Source of the DNA: Chrysomallon squamiferum
Lineage: Eukaryota; Animalia; Mollusca
Direction: 5' to 3'
DNA length: 64,000 nucleotides
NCBI GenBank assembly: GCA_012295275.1
Contig: CM022667.1
Location: 3,844,001 to 3,908,000, forward strand
In this document: piece by piece, positions 27,611 to 41,064 of the stretch
Layout: each line of letters starts with the position of its first letter
How positions within the stretch are numbered: the first letter of the stretch is position 1
The notes under the pieces: generated by a model
Seen by the model: the letters and a program-made list of their open reading frames with translations, nothing else
Databases searched by the model: none
What the model was told of the DNA's origin: nothing
Translations under genes and position numbers: made by a program

Positions 27611-28265
27611 TACAAACATTTAGTTAAGCTGGCAAGTAAAACACCACTGAAACAATCAATAAAAAAAAAATAATAAAAAAAATAAAAAGATTCTCAATCT
27701 CTGGTATTAGTGGGATGTTCCACAAAACTCCGCCCACCGTAGAACCGATACCTATCCTCCAGCAACACCTGGTTTTCATTTCAAACTTCCCCAAAAGCTG
27801 TATATCGCATACTTGGCACCACTAGAACCACCAACAGGTGGCTCTGGTCTCCGTTCATCGTCCCTCTGCTGGTTGGAGTCAGTCGGATTGTTAAGCAGGC
27901 AAGCAAGGCTCCTGCCTGTACTTCTGACACAGGGCTCTCTCTCTCTCTCTCACACAGGACTGCTCCATTCTCCTATCTGTGGTCCTGTTGACAGCACACC
28001 CACTTGAATTTCTCCCAGACTGTTTGTGATAGTTTTGTGCCCATAGTTTGGTTCATCCAGTTGAGAGTTTTTGGATACTGGAGTTTGGATATTTGTTTTG
28101 TGCTGCTGTTGCTGTCGCTGTTGCTGTTGCCGTTGCCGCAGGGAAGTTGGATATTTTTTCTCTCTACCTGCGGTTTTGGAAGAATGCTACAGTTTGATAC
28201 ACCACCATCTTTGGTTTGTAGGAATTGGCTCATTCACTCAGGTGTGGTTGGTTGTTTATTTTATT

Positions 28266-28312
<47 letters not shown>

Positions 28313-28319
28313 TTACATG

Positions 28320-28670
28320 ATATATTTTAGTTTATTTATTAGTGATTAAAAGATGGTAAAATTTTTTTATATTTATTAGTTACTGATTAAAAGATGGTGT
28401 AATATAGTTATATATTTATTAGTTATTAAAAGATGGTGTAATATTTTAATGTATTTATTAGTTATTAAAAGATGTTAAAATATTATTTATTTATTTATTA
28501 GTTATTAAAAGATGGTGTAATTTTTTAATATATTTATTAGTTATTAAAAGAGGGTATAATATTTTAATGTATTTATTAATGATTAAAAGATGGTATAATA
28601 TTTTTTTTTTTTTATTGGTTATTAAAAGATGGTTATGATACTTTTATATAGTTATTAGTTTGTCATTAAA
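28320..28670. repeat. About 39 bp minisatellite (atttattagttattaaaagatggtgtaat)
   Basis: About eight copies. Confidence 0.9.
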
Positions 28671-29067
28671 ATATTTATTTTCTTTAACATATATAAGAAA
28701 CACAATGTAAAAATAAATAGCATTCATTTCTTTTAAATTTATTTATTTATTTATATTGATTATTATTGCATATTTATTTCTTTATTTATTTTATTTATTT
28801 TCTCATGAAAACAAAAACTATGGAATTTGGTAGAAAAAGATTGGATTTTGAAAATGAAGGAGTAATAATGTCTTTAAACCATTTATTGTAAGTTCATTTG
28901 AATGTTTTCAAATTAATGCAGAACATTTTGAAATATTCAATATTGTGTTTGAAAAAAAAGAGATAGAAAATTTAATGACATCACAGGAATTATTTTGTTA
29001 AAATTTGTTTCTAAGTGAATTTTGGATATAATTATTTGTTTCATGCAGTTTTTCTCTATAATTACTT

Positions 29068-29112
<45 letters not shown>

Positions 29113-29484
29113 TGACATTTAAAGAGAATGTTGTAGGTATGTGACAAGGGCCTAGACAACAACACTATATGAATAAGTTAATTTGTTAGACTAAATTATT
29201 TTTTATTTTAAATGTTTTGTTATTTCATGGCAAGTTTATATATATAGCCTATATATATATATTTGTGGCAGTCTTTGATAAAAAAAAAATAAGTCAGAAT
29301 ATTGATTTATATTCTGTTTTTGATTGTGGTTGTCTGATTTGCTTGTAATTTGTTAAAAAACTTGTTTGTTTAGAATGTTAAACAAAATTCAATAAATTTT
29401 TTCTTTTGTTCTTTAATTCAAAGTTTGCTCACATATTTTTATTATTATATTGTTGTTATATTAAAAAAAAATATTTCTTTTAAA

Positions 29485-29527
<43 letters not shown>

Positions 29528-29744
29528 GCAAAAATATTAATATATATATTTGTAATTCCTAAGGAAAAATGTTATTTTCTTCCTTGTTTTTTTGTTTGTT
29601 GTTTTCAAAGAGATTTACAGATCTATGGGAAGGGCTGTACTTACATACGATATATGTACAGTTTTGTTAGATTAAAAAACTGTTTTTAATTAGCCTCTTT
29701 TTTTTTCTTTTAAAGGCTATTTCATAACAAGTTTTTTTTTAAAT

Positions 29745-29784
<40 letters not shown>

Positions 29785-30005
29785 GGCAGGTTTTAGTAAA
29801 TAGGTCAGATGGTAGAGATAAATGCAGTGGTCTGTTTTTTTTGTAATTTGTTGATGTTCTTTACTTCTATAGCTAATCAGTTAATAAACATTAATGTGTG
29901 TGTGTGTGTTCGTGTGTGTGTGTGTGTGTATGTGTCTGTTAGATTGTGTTTTTGTGTGTGTGTGTGCCATCCACTCCACATAGGCCTACATGCGCGTGCA
30001 CACGC

Positions 30006-30063
<58 letters not shown>

Positions 30064-30765
30064 TACTTAAATTTATATTACCAATATTTGCTGTCAGTGA
30101 TCAGTAGGCCTACTTCATAAACATGTGCATATTTTCCTAGTTACCAGAAACTTGTTGTCAAGACTCTCCCTTCTTGTTGCTTATCTGTGAAAGTGGCAAA
30201 ACAAATAGTGGGTTATTCACCTGAAATGTTTGGTTTTTTGTTAGTGTTTTTTTTTTTTCTGTTAAAAAACTATATATTAATAATTGTTAAACATCCTTAT
30301 CACAGTTTTCTATACTTTCGTGATTGTTAAGATATATGCTGAAAGCAAAGTCTGTTGCTGTGCTTATACTGATGAGTGAAGTTTTCATGTTATACATGCT
30401 GATGATGGTAAGTTGATGATAACCAGATTATGAATTCATAAAAATTTTAAAAAATAAAAAAGTTTAAAAAAATAAAAAATTAACTGCAAAAAAATTCCAC
30501 AGTATGGTAAACTAAAATGATAAAACTAGAATATTTAACATTCAAAAAAAAAATTAAAAAAAAAAAAAAAAAAATAGTTAAAAAATGTATGTATGTATAT
30601 ATTTATTTATTTATTTACTTATTTATTTTAATACCATTAACATTAATTTTTTTCTTGTCATCTAAGAAATCTTATATATAATTAAAATTAAATAGGAAAT
30701 ATTATTAAAAAAAATTAAAATTAATTTCTGTATGTGTCTATATATTTATATGTGTATATGTATAT

Positions 30766-30798
<33 letters not shown>

Positions 30799-31439
30799 TG
30801 TGTGCATATATATATATATATATATATTACAAATTAAAAATTATAATATCAGAAAAGAAAATTAATAAAAAGAAAGAAAAGAAAATACATCTCCCAAAAA
30901 TTGCATAAATTAAACTCTATTCTTAACCAAATTTAAAAAAAAAAAAGGTAATGTAAATAAAATAATAATTTAAAAAAATAATAATAATAAATAAATAAAA
31001 ATTTTGAAAAAAGAAGAAGAAAAAAAATAAAATAAAAATCTACTTGTGTTTGTAATTAACATGAACCGAATTCTGTTTGATTATTAATAAGTATAACCAG
31101 TTCACACCTGTTACAGCAGTATCACCTCTTTATTCCATGCATTAATAATTCCACACGTTTCATTTTGTTGGTGTACACTCAGCATAAAAAATTCATTCTG
31201 TGTTTAGAAAATGTTTTTCAAACACATGCACATATTTGTCAGTGCTGTACGACATCTGGTAAGGGCTGCAAGGTGTGGGGAGTTCATTGTTACACCACCC
31301 GGTCTCTCTGCCCAGGTTGATCCATGTTCAGCCATTTTCTCTGACTGTGTATGGTTCATGTTTGATGTAAATTTGTTGGGGGGAAAGAAATTTTTCAAAT
31401 TAAGCATTCATGTGTGACAAAACGATTGCTGGCTGATTT

Positions 31440-32000
31440 TAATTAGTTATCTTATCTGTAGACAAACAGTTGTTAATAGCTAGATATCTAGCTGTAGATG
31501 AGAGATTCATATATATATATATATATGTTAGTTATCTTCTTGATCTACTACAGATATTGGTAATTAGTTACCTGGCTACAGACAACAGGTATTGGTAATT
31601 ATTTAATCAGCCATAGACAAGATATGTTATAATTAGTTATCTAGCTGTAGATGACAGATACTGATAGTTGGTTATCCATTTGTAGAAACAGTAGTTAGTA
31701 ACTACATGTAGATGATGTTATTTACTTGTAGACAACAAATAATAGTAATTTATTATTTCTTGTGAACAACTGATATTGTAATTATTCATCTACTTGTAGA
31801 TGAGAGAGATTGGCAGTTATCTATCTTAGACAACAGATTGTTATTAGTTATCTACTTGTAGACAGCAGATTGTTATTAGTTATCTACTTGTAGACAACAG
31901 ATTGTTATTAGTTATCTACTTGTAGACAGCAGATTGTTATTAGTTATCTACTTGTAGACAGCAGATTGTTATTAGTTATCTACTTGTAGACAACTGATGT
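31440..32000 (+). repeat. 32-bp minisatellite (attagttatctacttgtagacagcagattgtt), forward array
   Basis: Near-perfect copies at 31830-31995, degenerate copies upstream. Confidence 0.92.
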
Positions 32001-32709
32001 TAGTTTACTCTTCATACAGTAATTAATATTGCTTACTGTTTGCATTAATTAGTTTTCTTAGTAATTAATATAGTTAACTCCCAGGTACAAATAATTAGTA
32101 GGTTTAGGAGTTATTTGCTAGTAATGAACAGTGTCTGGGTAACTAAGTTAGTAATTTGGGTTGGATGAGTCAGACTGAGAGGAAAGATCGCTCTTTATTC
32201 TGAGTGTTATTTCCGAATTTCAACCACACTCAGAAGTCTTCCGAATAGTCACCAGTTGATGAACAATTGCTTTATATAACATGTCTTTAAGTCTGTCCAT
32301 CTGTCTGATTAAGTTTAGTTTTTTCTCTTAACATTTGCATAACAATGTTTGTAGGTATTGATGGACAATATTTTTCATTTTCTAACAGAACTATAATGTC
32401 TGTCTGTACATCTGTTTCTGTCTGTGGGTGTAAATGAATTTGTACCCTCATTTCAGTCATAAATATTCAACCTATGATGAACAACTGGTTTTATACATGT
32501 CTCTCTGTCTGATTATTTTCTTATATATAGATGTAGATAGACAGATAGATAGAAATGATATTTTATCCTATTGTGGGCTAACAGAATTATGATATATAGA
32601 AAATTACACATATAAGAAAAATACTAAAGGAGGTTTGTTATGGACATTGTTGTTTACAAGACCACTGTTTTCTTGTATGTAACAGTCACAGATGCAATAA
32701 TTATATGAT

Positions 32710-32910
32710 CAGTTTATTACCAATATCTGTTGTCTACGAACAGATAACTATCTATCAGTGTCTGTTGTCTACAAATAGATATATAATTACTAATATCTTG
32801 TCTATAAGAAGATAACAAATAACCAATATCTGTTGTCTATAAATAGATAATTATCAGTGTTGTTGTCTACAAGTGGATAACTAATTACCAATATCTGTTG
32901 TCTACAATCT
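32710..32910 (-). repeat. Same minisatellite family in inverted orientation
   Basis: ataactaattaccaatatctgttgtctacaa is the reverse complement of the forward unit. Confidence 0.88.
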
Positions 32911-33732
32911 CATTACTTTAATAACTGTTACAGTGTTTTTGAAACCTAACTGGTTCTCTGTTGTGATAGATAGAAAATAGATAGAGAGACAGATAGATAG
33001 ATAGATATATTGTTCAGATGGTAATCGAAGGCTAAGAGAACAGTGAATTGAACTTCATGAATGCAGTGACAGAAACACATGCCACAGTGTTGATGTATGT
33101 TGTACTTTATGCATCTGTTTCAGAAAAAAACAACTAAAATTAATTATTGAAAACAAATGTTTTAATATTTAATTAAAACCAACAAAGTCAATATATGTAT
33201 ATATAAATGTGTGTGTGTTTCTGTCTATATATGTATGAGTGAGAAAGAGGGAAAATTAAATGAAGAAAAATAAAGATAGACACATATATATATTTTTTAT
33301 GTATTTTTCATAAAAAAAAATATAAATTAAGAATCTAATTATGATTAAAATTATGATAATATATTGACATTATAAAATGAATTATTAAGTGTGTTCTCAT
33401 TCAAGTAATATTTTTCTAATTTCTTTGTTCGTGTGAGGATTAAAACTGTACCCCACCATATGTCTTTACAGTCACCACCCTCATAACACAGCTTTTTTTC
33501 TTCTTCTCTACCATATGTCTTAAGAGACACACAACTTCTTTTACTTTACCATATGTCTTCACAGTCACCACCCTTACAACGCAACCCACGCCCACACACT
33601 ACCCTTAGCTTTTGACTGGCTACCCGACATGTTCACTGAACCGTGACACTGTGGCGATATACTGACACAAGATACAAGACTACCACAGCTGGGTTATGAA
33701 TAATTTTCTTTTTCCCTTTTTCTTATTATTTT

Positions 33733-33772
<40 letters not shown>

Positions 33773-35170
33773 CTTTTCTTTAGTACTGATCATTAGAAGT
33801 GTTGTTATTTGTTTTTTTAAATACATTTTTTGAGGATCATCTGGTTTCTAGCCCAGTTCGGCTTACACTGGTCTGCCAGTTGGCGGTCGGTTTGTTGTCG
33901 CGTGCCGCCTCCATACAGGTCACATGTCACTTACATGCATGGCCACTTCATCACATATCTGTCCCATTGTCACTGGCCTCGCTACCAGCTGATACCCGCG
34001 ACATGCAAGCTGTCTTTGTTATTGAATTGATTGTCAGAGCCACACAGTGGTCGAGGGAGAGAGTGAGAAGAACTCCTCGCAACGAATCTTGTTTTATTGG
34101 TAGCTGCAAGAAGAACTGGTCTGTTGATGGTGGTGAATGATTCGATATGTTGTAGTTTTTGTGATATACTTGTGCCACAGTTTCGGTCTGTAATAGGATA
34201 GAAAAAAATTGACAGTGGAATTTAGATAAGAGAAGAAAAATAATTCTCATCAGAAATGAGCACTAGGTAGAGGAGAAATATATTCATAAAAACCTGGATT
34301 GTAAATATTCCTTAACATTTGTGGATTGTGGCCTGGATAATGAACATCCTTACATGTATTGTATAATACACTAATAATAACAATAACAATAACAAGTGAA
34401 ATAATGATGAGAGGCTCTATCAGTATAATAACAATCTTCAAAACAGGAAATGTGATTAAATGACAGAGGAAGCAGAAGAGACATCACATGTCAGGTTACA
34501 TAATTCAAACTGTATTGTAGGTGATGTGGTAGTTGTTGTTGATGGTGTTGTGCACAAGGACAGTGAAGTTAAGAGATGTGTTAATGAAGTCACAGTAAGT
34601 AAATATTTGTTTATCTCTGTAACGTTAGGTGACCACCGCCCTGGCATGGATCTCACTGCAGTGTGTTTGTTTTTCTGTTACTTGAGCTGTTTGTTTTATG
34701 TAACTGAATAGATAACAAATACCTCTCTCAACAGCTGACCATTACAGGCTGATGTGCACTGACCACTGTGTTAGCTTTTCTGCACTCAGCCATTGCTGGC
34801 AGAAATACACTGGTCACTGCCAGGTGAAGTCCACAGGCTGTTAGTGTATGAAACACTGGTAAACTGATAGTAACTTTGATTGTGATGTATATACATGCTG
34901 GGTTGTTTGCATGCTGACCATTTCTAGATGATGTTTTTTACCAGTGTATGTGGTAAATGTTGACCATTAGTACCTTGTATGTTGTGTGTTCAGTTCTACA
35001 GTGACCACTTCTAGGTGTAGCCTGAAGCAAGGGATAGTCAGTGAATGTAAATTCAAAAAAGTGCGAATTCGTAGAAAGTGAATATTTTGTTGTTTAAAAT
35101 TCCGTGGAATTAAGTCTGAAGCCACTGGATAAATTAGCATCTTGATTTGTAAGTTGTTAACATGCATGCA

Positions 35171-35225
<55 letters not shown>

Positions 35226-36462
35226 CATTCTGTACACATGATATATTAATATAATGAAATATCTCCAGCTATGAAAATACTAAAATATCAGACATACCTA
35301 TAAATGACAGATTTTCAATGATATTACAATATATATATATATTTATATATCTGAGAGAGAAATATATAATAGAAAAATATAAAACAACAGATATATATAA
35401 TGAAAAGAAGAAAACTTAAGAAAATAAAGAATTTTTTGTGAAATTCTAAACCATTACATCTTTTATCTCCCATGTCATTTATCTTTCTTTTTCAAAATGT
35501 TCCTTTAAATAATATTTTTAAGCAGTCCATAAACAGTTCCTATCATCTGTTGTTTATCATTGTTGTTTTTATTCTTTATTTTATATCATTCACTCACTTT
35601 CTGTTTTACATATATTTTAATATCTCTTTCAGTATTTTATTTTATATTTCTTTAACTCTTTGCTATTTACTAACAATATGTTATGCCGGTTGACACATTA
35701 ACACACACAAAGACATATACACAAATGCACAAACAGACAGATACACACGAACAAATATATTTACAAATACAGATGTATGCACACAGATATATATACAAAT
35801 GTGTATGTGTGTTTGTTTATATTCACACACACATACACACAAAAACACACACACACACACAGACAGACTCATAAACATATACACAAGGATTGTAATTTCA
35901 GAATTAACCCTTTAACCATTCTCATTACACATTACCCTTTAAAATGTCAGAAAGTAAAACACATTTGTTTGTGTATTGTACCAGTTGAGAGAGGTTTGTT
36001 TTTTTCCAATATTTTAAATGACCTGGTTCTGACACAGGGATCCCAGTGATGTCATTAATGTACACTGACAGTGAGTAATTTGCAGCTGTGAAAATTATTA
36101 TGTTATATATATACTAATAAACAAAACGCACAGCAAGCACATAAAATTAATTTAATATGTATTTCTTCATATAAATGTACACACATATACTCACACATTT
36201 TAAAATTGCACATACATATTCTTTTATTTTCAACATAAACACATACCTACTCTGGTATAAAATTATACTCTAGTATTTACAACACATAACATATTCTTGT
36301 ATTTACAAAATATACATATAAACATAATTATGTATTCAGAACACATATATTCACGTAATTATACGTATATACACAAACACTTGCATTTGCAACATATACA
36401 CATAAATGCAGACATCAAATATTACATATATATAGTTGTATTTACAACACACACACAAGCAT

Positions 36463-36501
<39 letters not shown>

Positions 36502-36667
36502 CTCAACATTTACACCATACACATCCACAACTGTTCTATTTACAACATGCACACACACCTAAACACACATACACACTTACATTTACAAGTCACGCATGCA
36601 TACTCACTTCTTTGTATTCACAACAAACACACACACATACATACACTTGTATTTACAACTCAACACA

Positions 36668-36704
<37 letters not shown>

Positions 36705-37239
36705 ACAGACACACACACATACATATTTTAACATAAATGAGCCAGAAGACATTCTCACAGATGCATACATTGATTATTGGCTACCTCACAGCTGTACATG
36801 GATCTCACACCTAGCACCTGCCACACACATATTGATGCTGTGGTCCACGCTTACTTTGTAGTCACGTAACTGTCAGCTGGTCTATCAAAAATTTGTCAGC
36901 TGGTCTCCAAATTAGCCTGCCATTCTGTAACCAGCTTTTAACTAAACACACACATAATTCAGATTTGTGTTTGTTGTTTTTTTAATTGTAGCCTGCATTG
37001 GCATCTCATGGACTTTTGTGTCTGGTGGTATTGTTAGTTTGATTATTTTGCTAGTTGTTATTAGCATCTTTCTTTTATTAAATTATTGTTTGTATTATTA
37101 TTTTTTTTTTATTATCATTTATTTATGCTACTTTGTAAATATGTTTATTTATTTGTTTTGTTTGTTTCATTATTTATTTATTTATTTATTTGTGTGTTTG
37201 ATATTTTACTTATTGGGTTTATTAGTTTATTTATTTATT

Positions 37240-37271
<32 letters not shown>

Positions 37272-38119
37272 CATGATTTATTTATCAATTTATTTTATTA
37301 TTTATTTATTTATATTTGTTTGTTTGTCATTTTAATTTTTATTAATTGTTTATTAAGTGCAGGCATATTCAGAACTTAGTCTTTTGTTTTCTCATGAGTA
37401 AAGGGAAGTAATCAGTTATTTCTCATCACTACAGTAAGGTGAAGTGAAATTCCTCTTTTATCTTGTTTTTATATGTGGAAGTTTAAAAGTGTGTGTATGT
37501 GTAAATTAATAAACAAAAAGTAAATATATAATTTTTTAAAATATACAATAGTTATTTAATTATTTAACTGAGTACTTTATAAGTTTAGTTACTTTATAAG
37601 TTTTGTCATTATTAAAACTGTCTGACAGGCTATTTGTAGTTAGACAGCAGCTGGGTTTGTTAAATAACAGTTCATTCTGAGGGATTAGAAAAGAAACGAG
37701 AGAAAGAAAGAGAGAATAAAAGGAAAGAGAGAAAGAATTAAACATGTATAGTTTCAATGACAGATTTATTTATAGAAATATATCCTTAGTACAACATGTG
37801 TGCTCACCAGTTTGACTGTACAAAAATCCTTAAAGACTGAGTCGCTGATATTTATAATACTCAATTTCTTTTTAGGTCCATTTACATTGGTTGAAACCAT
37901 TTCACTACTGAATTTCTAAATATGATTGTGATTTTTATTCCTTCTTTAAGCATGTCATAATTTTGGTTTTATTTAAAATTGGTTTGAAATCCAAAATCCA
38001 AAACTAATGTGACTGCTGCATAAAACACTGTGGTGGTATTTAAATACAACTGTATGTATGTATGTATGTATGTGTATGTATGTGTATGTATGTGTGTGTT
38101 TGTGTGCTTGTGTGTGCAG

Positions 38120-38156
<37 letters not shown>

Positions 38157-38451
38157 AAATAAAAGATCTCTGGATTCTGAAGGAAAACTATAACAGGGTT
38201 TTTATTTTTCCTTCTAAATATTAACAATTAAAATCTCAGATGCAAGACATGTGCTTAATGCACACCAAAAGACTGTGGCCTGAAGTTTAGTTCTTCTGGT
38301 GAAATTTAATTTTAACAAAAAAAAATACTACAAAATTCTTGTTATTTAATATCAGAGAAAACTGAAAAAAAGATTAATATAGACTAATAATAATTAATAA
38401 TATTAAAAAATAATAATAATAATAATAATAATACAACTGTTTTATTTTCAG

Positions 38452-38586
38452 ATTACCGTGACAACATAATGCCAGATTCACCTGATTCAAAGGTTCTGAC
38501 ACAGACTGCAGCCTCACCTGGCACACACAACATGGCGTCCATGTCTGCCATTACCAGACCAATATCTGCAGGCAGCGCAGTATCAG
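38452..38586 (+). CDS. CBFA2T/nvy: MTG/ETO/nervy-family corepressor, first common coding exon ((D)YRDNI-MPDSPDSK...AVS-G); ATG at 38469
   Basis: ttttcag acceptor ending 38451; MPDSP motif matches the N-terminus of vertebrate MTG8; CAG|gtaact donor, phase 1, joins in frame to 45438. Confidence 0.85.
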
Positions 38587-39031
38587 GTAACTTCCATTTT
38601 CTAACACCAGCCTCTGTTTCTGAAGTAGTTCTCAGAGTAATAATTATTTTTATACAAAAAAGACAAATTCATTTTATTTTTTTTTTTTAATACATGAACA
38701 AATTTTTGTATTTGAAAAAGGATTATTCCAGTGAGGTATTTATATTATAAGAAGTGTTTATAAATATTACCTAAACACTCAGTAAGGCTTTTTTTCTTCA
38801 GAAAAAAGATCTGCAGAATATTATGGGAAAAGAATGTAATTTGTTTGCTTTTTATATATTGCCCATTCACCCTTCACTTACCCTGTGTGTTATTCACCCG
38901 ACAATAATTGCATTTACCTTCAGGTGAACCAGTTATCAGTTTATAAAGAACAAAAACAATTACAATAATTTCTCTTTCTTTTCTTTCTTTTTTTTTAAGA
39001 ATTTCATTTGTCAAGTTTTATTTATATAATT

Positions 39032-39092
<61 letters not shown>

Positions 39093-39389
39093 TTAATTCA
39101 TAAAATCACCTACATTTCTGTTAATGTTACAAGAATTCAAATTCGTTCATCTTATGTTATTAATTTGAATTAGTACAATCCCTGTATGTGAAAACATATT
39201 TTTTTTTTACCCATTATGTTTGTGTATAACAGCAGATATAGCTAAAAAAAAGTTTTCTCACAAACTGTAAAGCAGATGTTGTTAAGTTATAAGTCAACAG
39301 ATATAGCTTAGAAACAGTTTAACTTTGGTTTTCTCACAAACTGTAAAGCAGATGTTATTAAGCTATAAGTCAGTATTCAGTATCCAAAG

Positions 39390-39720
39390 ATGAATGAAAT
39401 TAGAGAAATGAATTAAGAGTAAATGAAACATAAAAGGTGAATGAAAGGTAAATGAAACATAAAGGGGAGGATCGACCATGTAGGGTGAATGAACAGTAAA
39501 TGAAACATAAAGGGGGATGAAACATAGGGTGAATGAAGAGTAAATGAAACAAAGGGGGGATGAAACATAGGGTGAATGAAGAGTAAATGAAACAGGCTGG
39601 GTGAACAAAGGGTGAATGAAATATGCAGGGTAAATGAAACAAAGGGTGAATGAAATATACAGGAAAACAGGATAAATGAAAGAGTAAATGAAACAGGGTC
39701 AGTTAAGAGTGAATGAAATA
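39390..39720. repeat. Purine-rich minisatellite (gggtgaatgaagagtaaatgaaac)
   Basis: Multiple tandem copies. Confidence 0.85.
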
Positions 39721-41023
39721 TATTTGTTGTAAATACAAGAACACATGTATGTTGTACAAACAGAAGTGTGAGAATGTGCTGTAAATACAAGAGTATGAGT
39801 GCACCTGTTGTATATATATATACATGAGTTTGCCTATGTTGTAAATGCAGATGTATATGTGGTAAATAAAAGTGTATGTGTGTGTGTAAATGCAAGAGCC
39901 TGTATGAAAATACATTATTTGTAAAATTATTTACAAGGATGTGCAATGCAAATTATGTGATAGTTGTTAGAATGAGTACTTAGTCAAATTACTATTGTGA
40001 TGGTAGTTTGAATGATTGTTGTGATACTATTGTGATAGAGTTTGAATGAGGATCAGTCAAATGACTACTGTGATACTATTGAGACAGTGGTTTGAGTGAG
40101 AACTAAGTTGCCTGAATATCCATAATTTATTCTCCTCATTTGTTTCAAGTGGGATCCCCTTTGCCTCTCAGTTTTAATTTAATTGTGTTTGTTCTAAACC
40201 TTGGTTTAATCTGTAAAACTGTAGGATGATAAACAATTTTCTGACAAAAGAAATAAAAAAGTGATCATTTTTTTATAATTACTTTGTCAGTCTGGTTATA
40301 ATCTTGAGACCAGCATAAAATAGTAGTTTTGTTTAGACCAGGTCAGTTTTAAACAATAAACACACACTGCACATACCAGTACGATATTTCACACACTGCA
40401 TTTTTAACATTCTTAATGAAGTATTAGTTATCAGAATGAATCTTCTACTACTGCAGTGGCAACATCACAGATTCAAAGCTGTATTCGGGTACAATCTGAA
40501 AATGGTATATGTTATTACTGTTGTTATTGTTATGTATTTTTTTCAGAATTTTTTCTTGGATTACTTTAGTGCTGATAACAGTAATTATCCATTTTTAACA
40601 TTTCTAACTTCCGTGTGCGTCTGAGGTGACAGGAAGTTACAAAGGCTTTTTTTTTATTATTTTTTAGGTCAGATAACAGTTTCAACATTACATATAGATT
40701 GAAACTAACAGTGATTATCATTCAGAAATAATACGGAAATTCGTCATGTGCTGCTTTAACAGTTAACAAGATTGTTATCACCATTCCCATAACTATGAAG
40801 ACCTCACCATACAAATTTGTAACAGTTTGTTTTTGTTTGACTAAAAAGAGAAAGTTCTGATCTGCAATGAAGTCTTCTTTATTTTGTCTTATTTGGTAAT
40901 AAAACTGAAATTTAAAAACAAACCAAAAATCTCCTTTATTGAAAAAGTTTCAGTAATAAAAGAACAAATCAAATTGTTCATAATTCAGTTAAAAATATAA
41001 TATACTACTACTACTACTAGTAA

Positions 41024-41064
<41 letters not shown>

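Noticed and set aside
31636-31649. GTTATCTAGCTGTA, identical to nt 7-20 of miR-9-5p
   Set aside because: Lacks the 5' seed (TCTTTG), has no local pre-miRNA hairpin, and is a variant of the surrounding minisatellite unit
16200-32000. Regular 32-39 bp repeats that superficially resemble CRISPR arrays
   Set aside because: Head-to-tail units with no unique spacers, eukaryotic context, no cas genes
34460-34711. ORF MTEEAEETSH... with an ACA|gtaagt donor as a coding first exon
   Set aside because: Phase 0 donor is incompatible with the phase-1 acceptor at 38452; a non-coding role is not excluded
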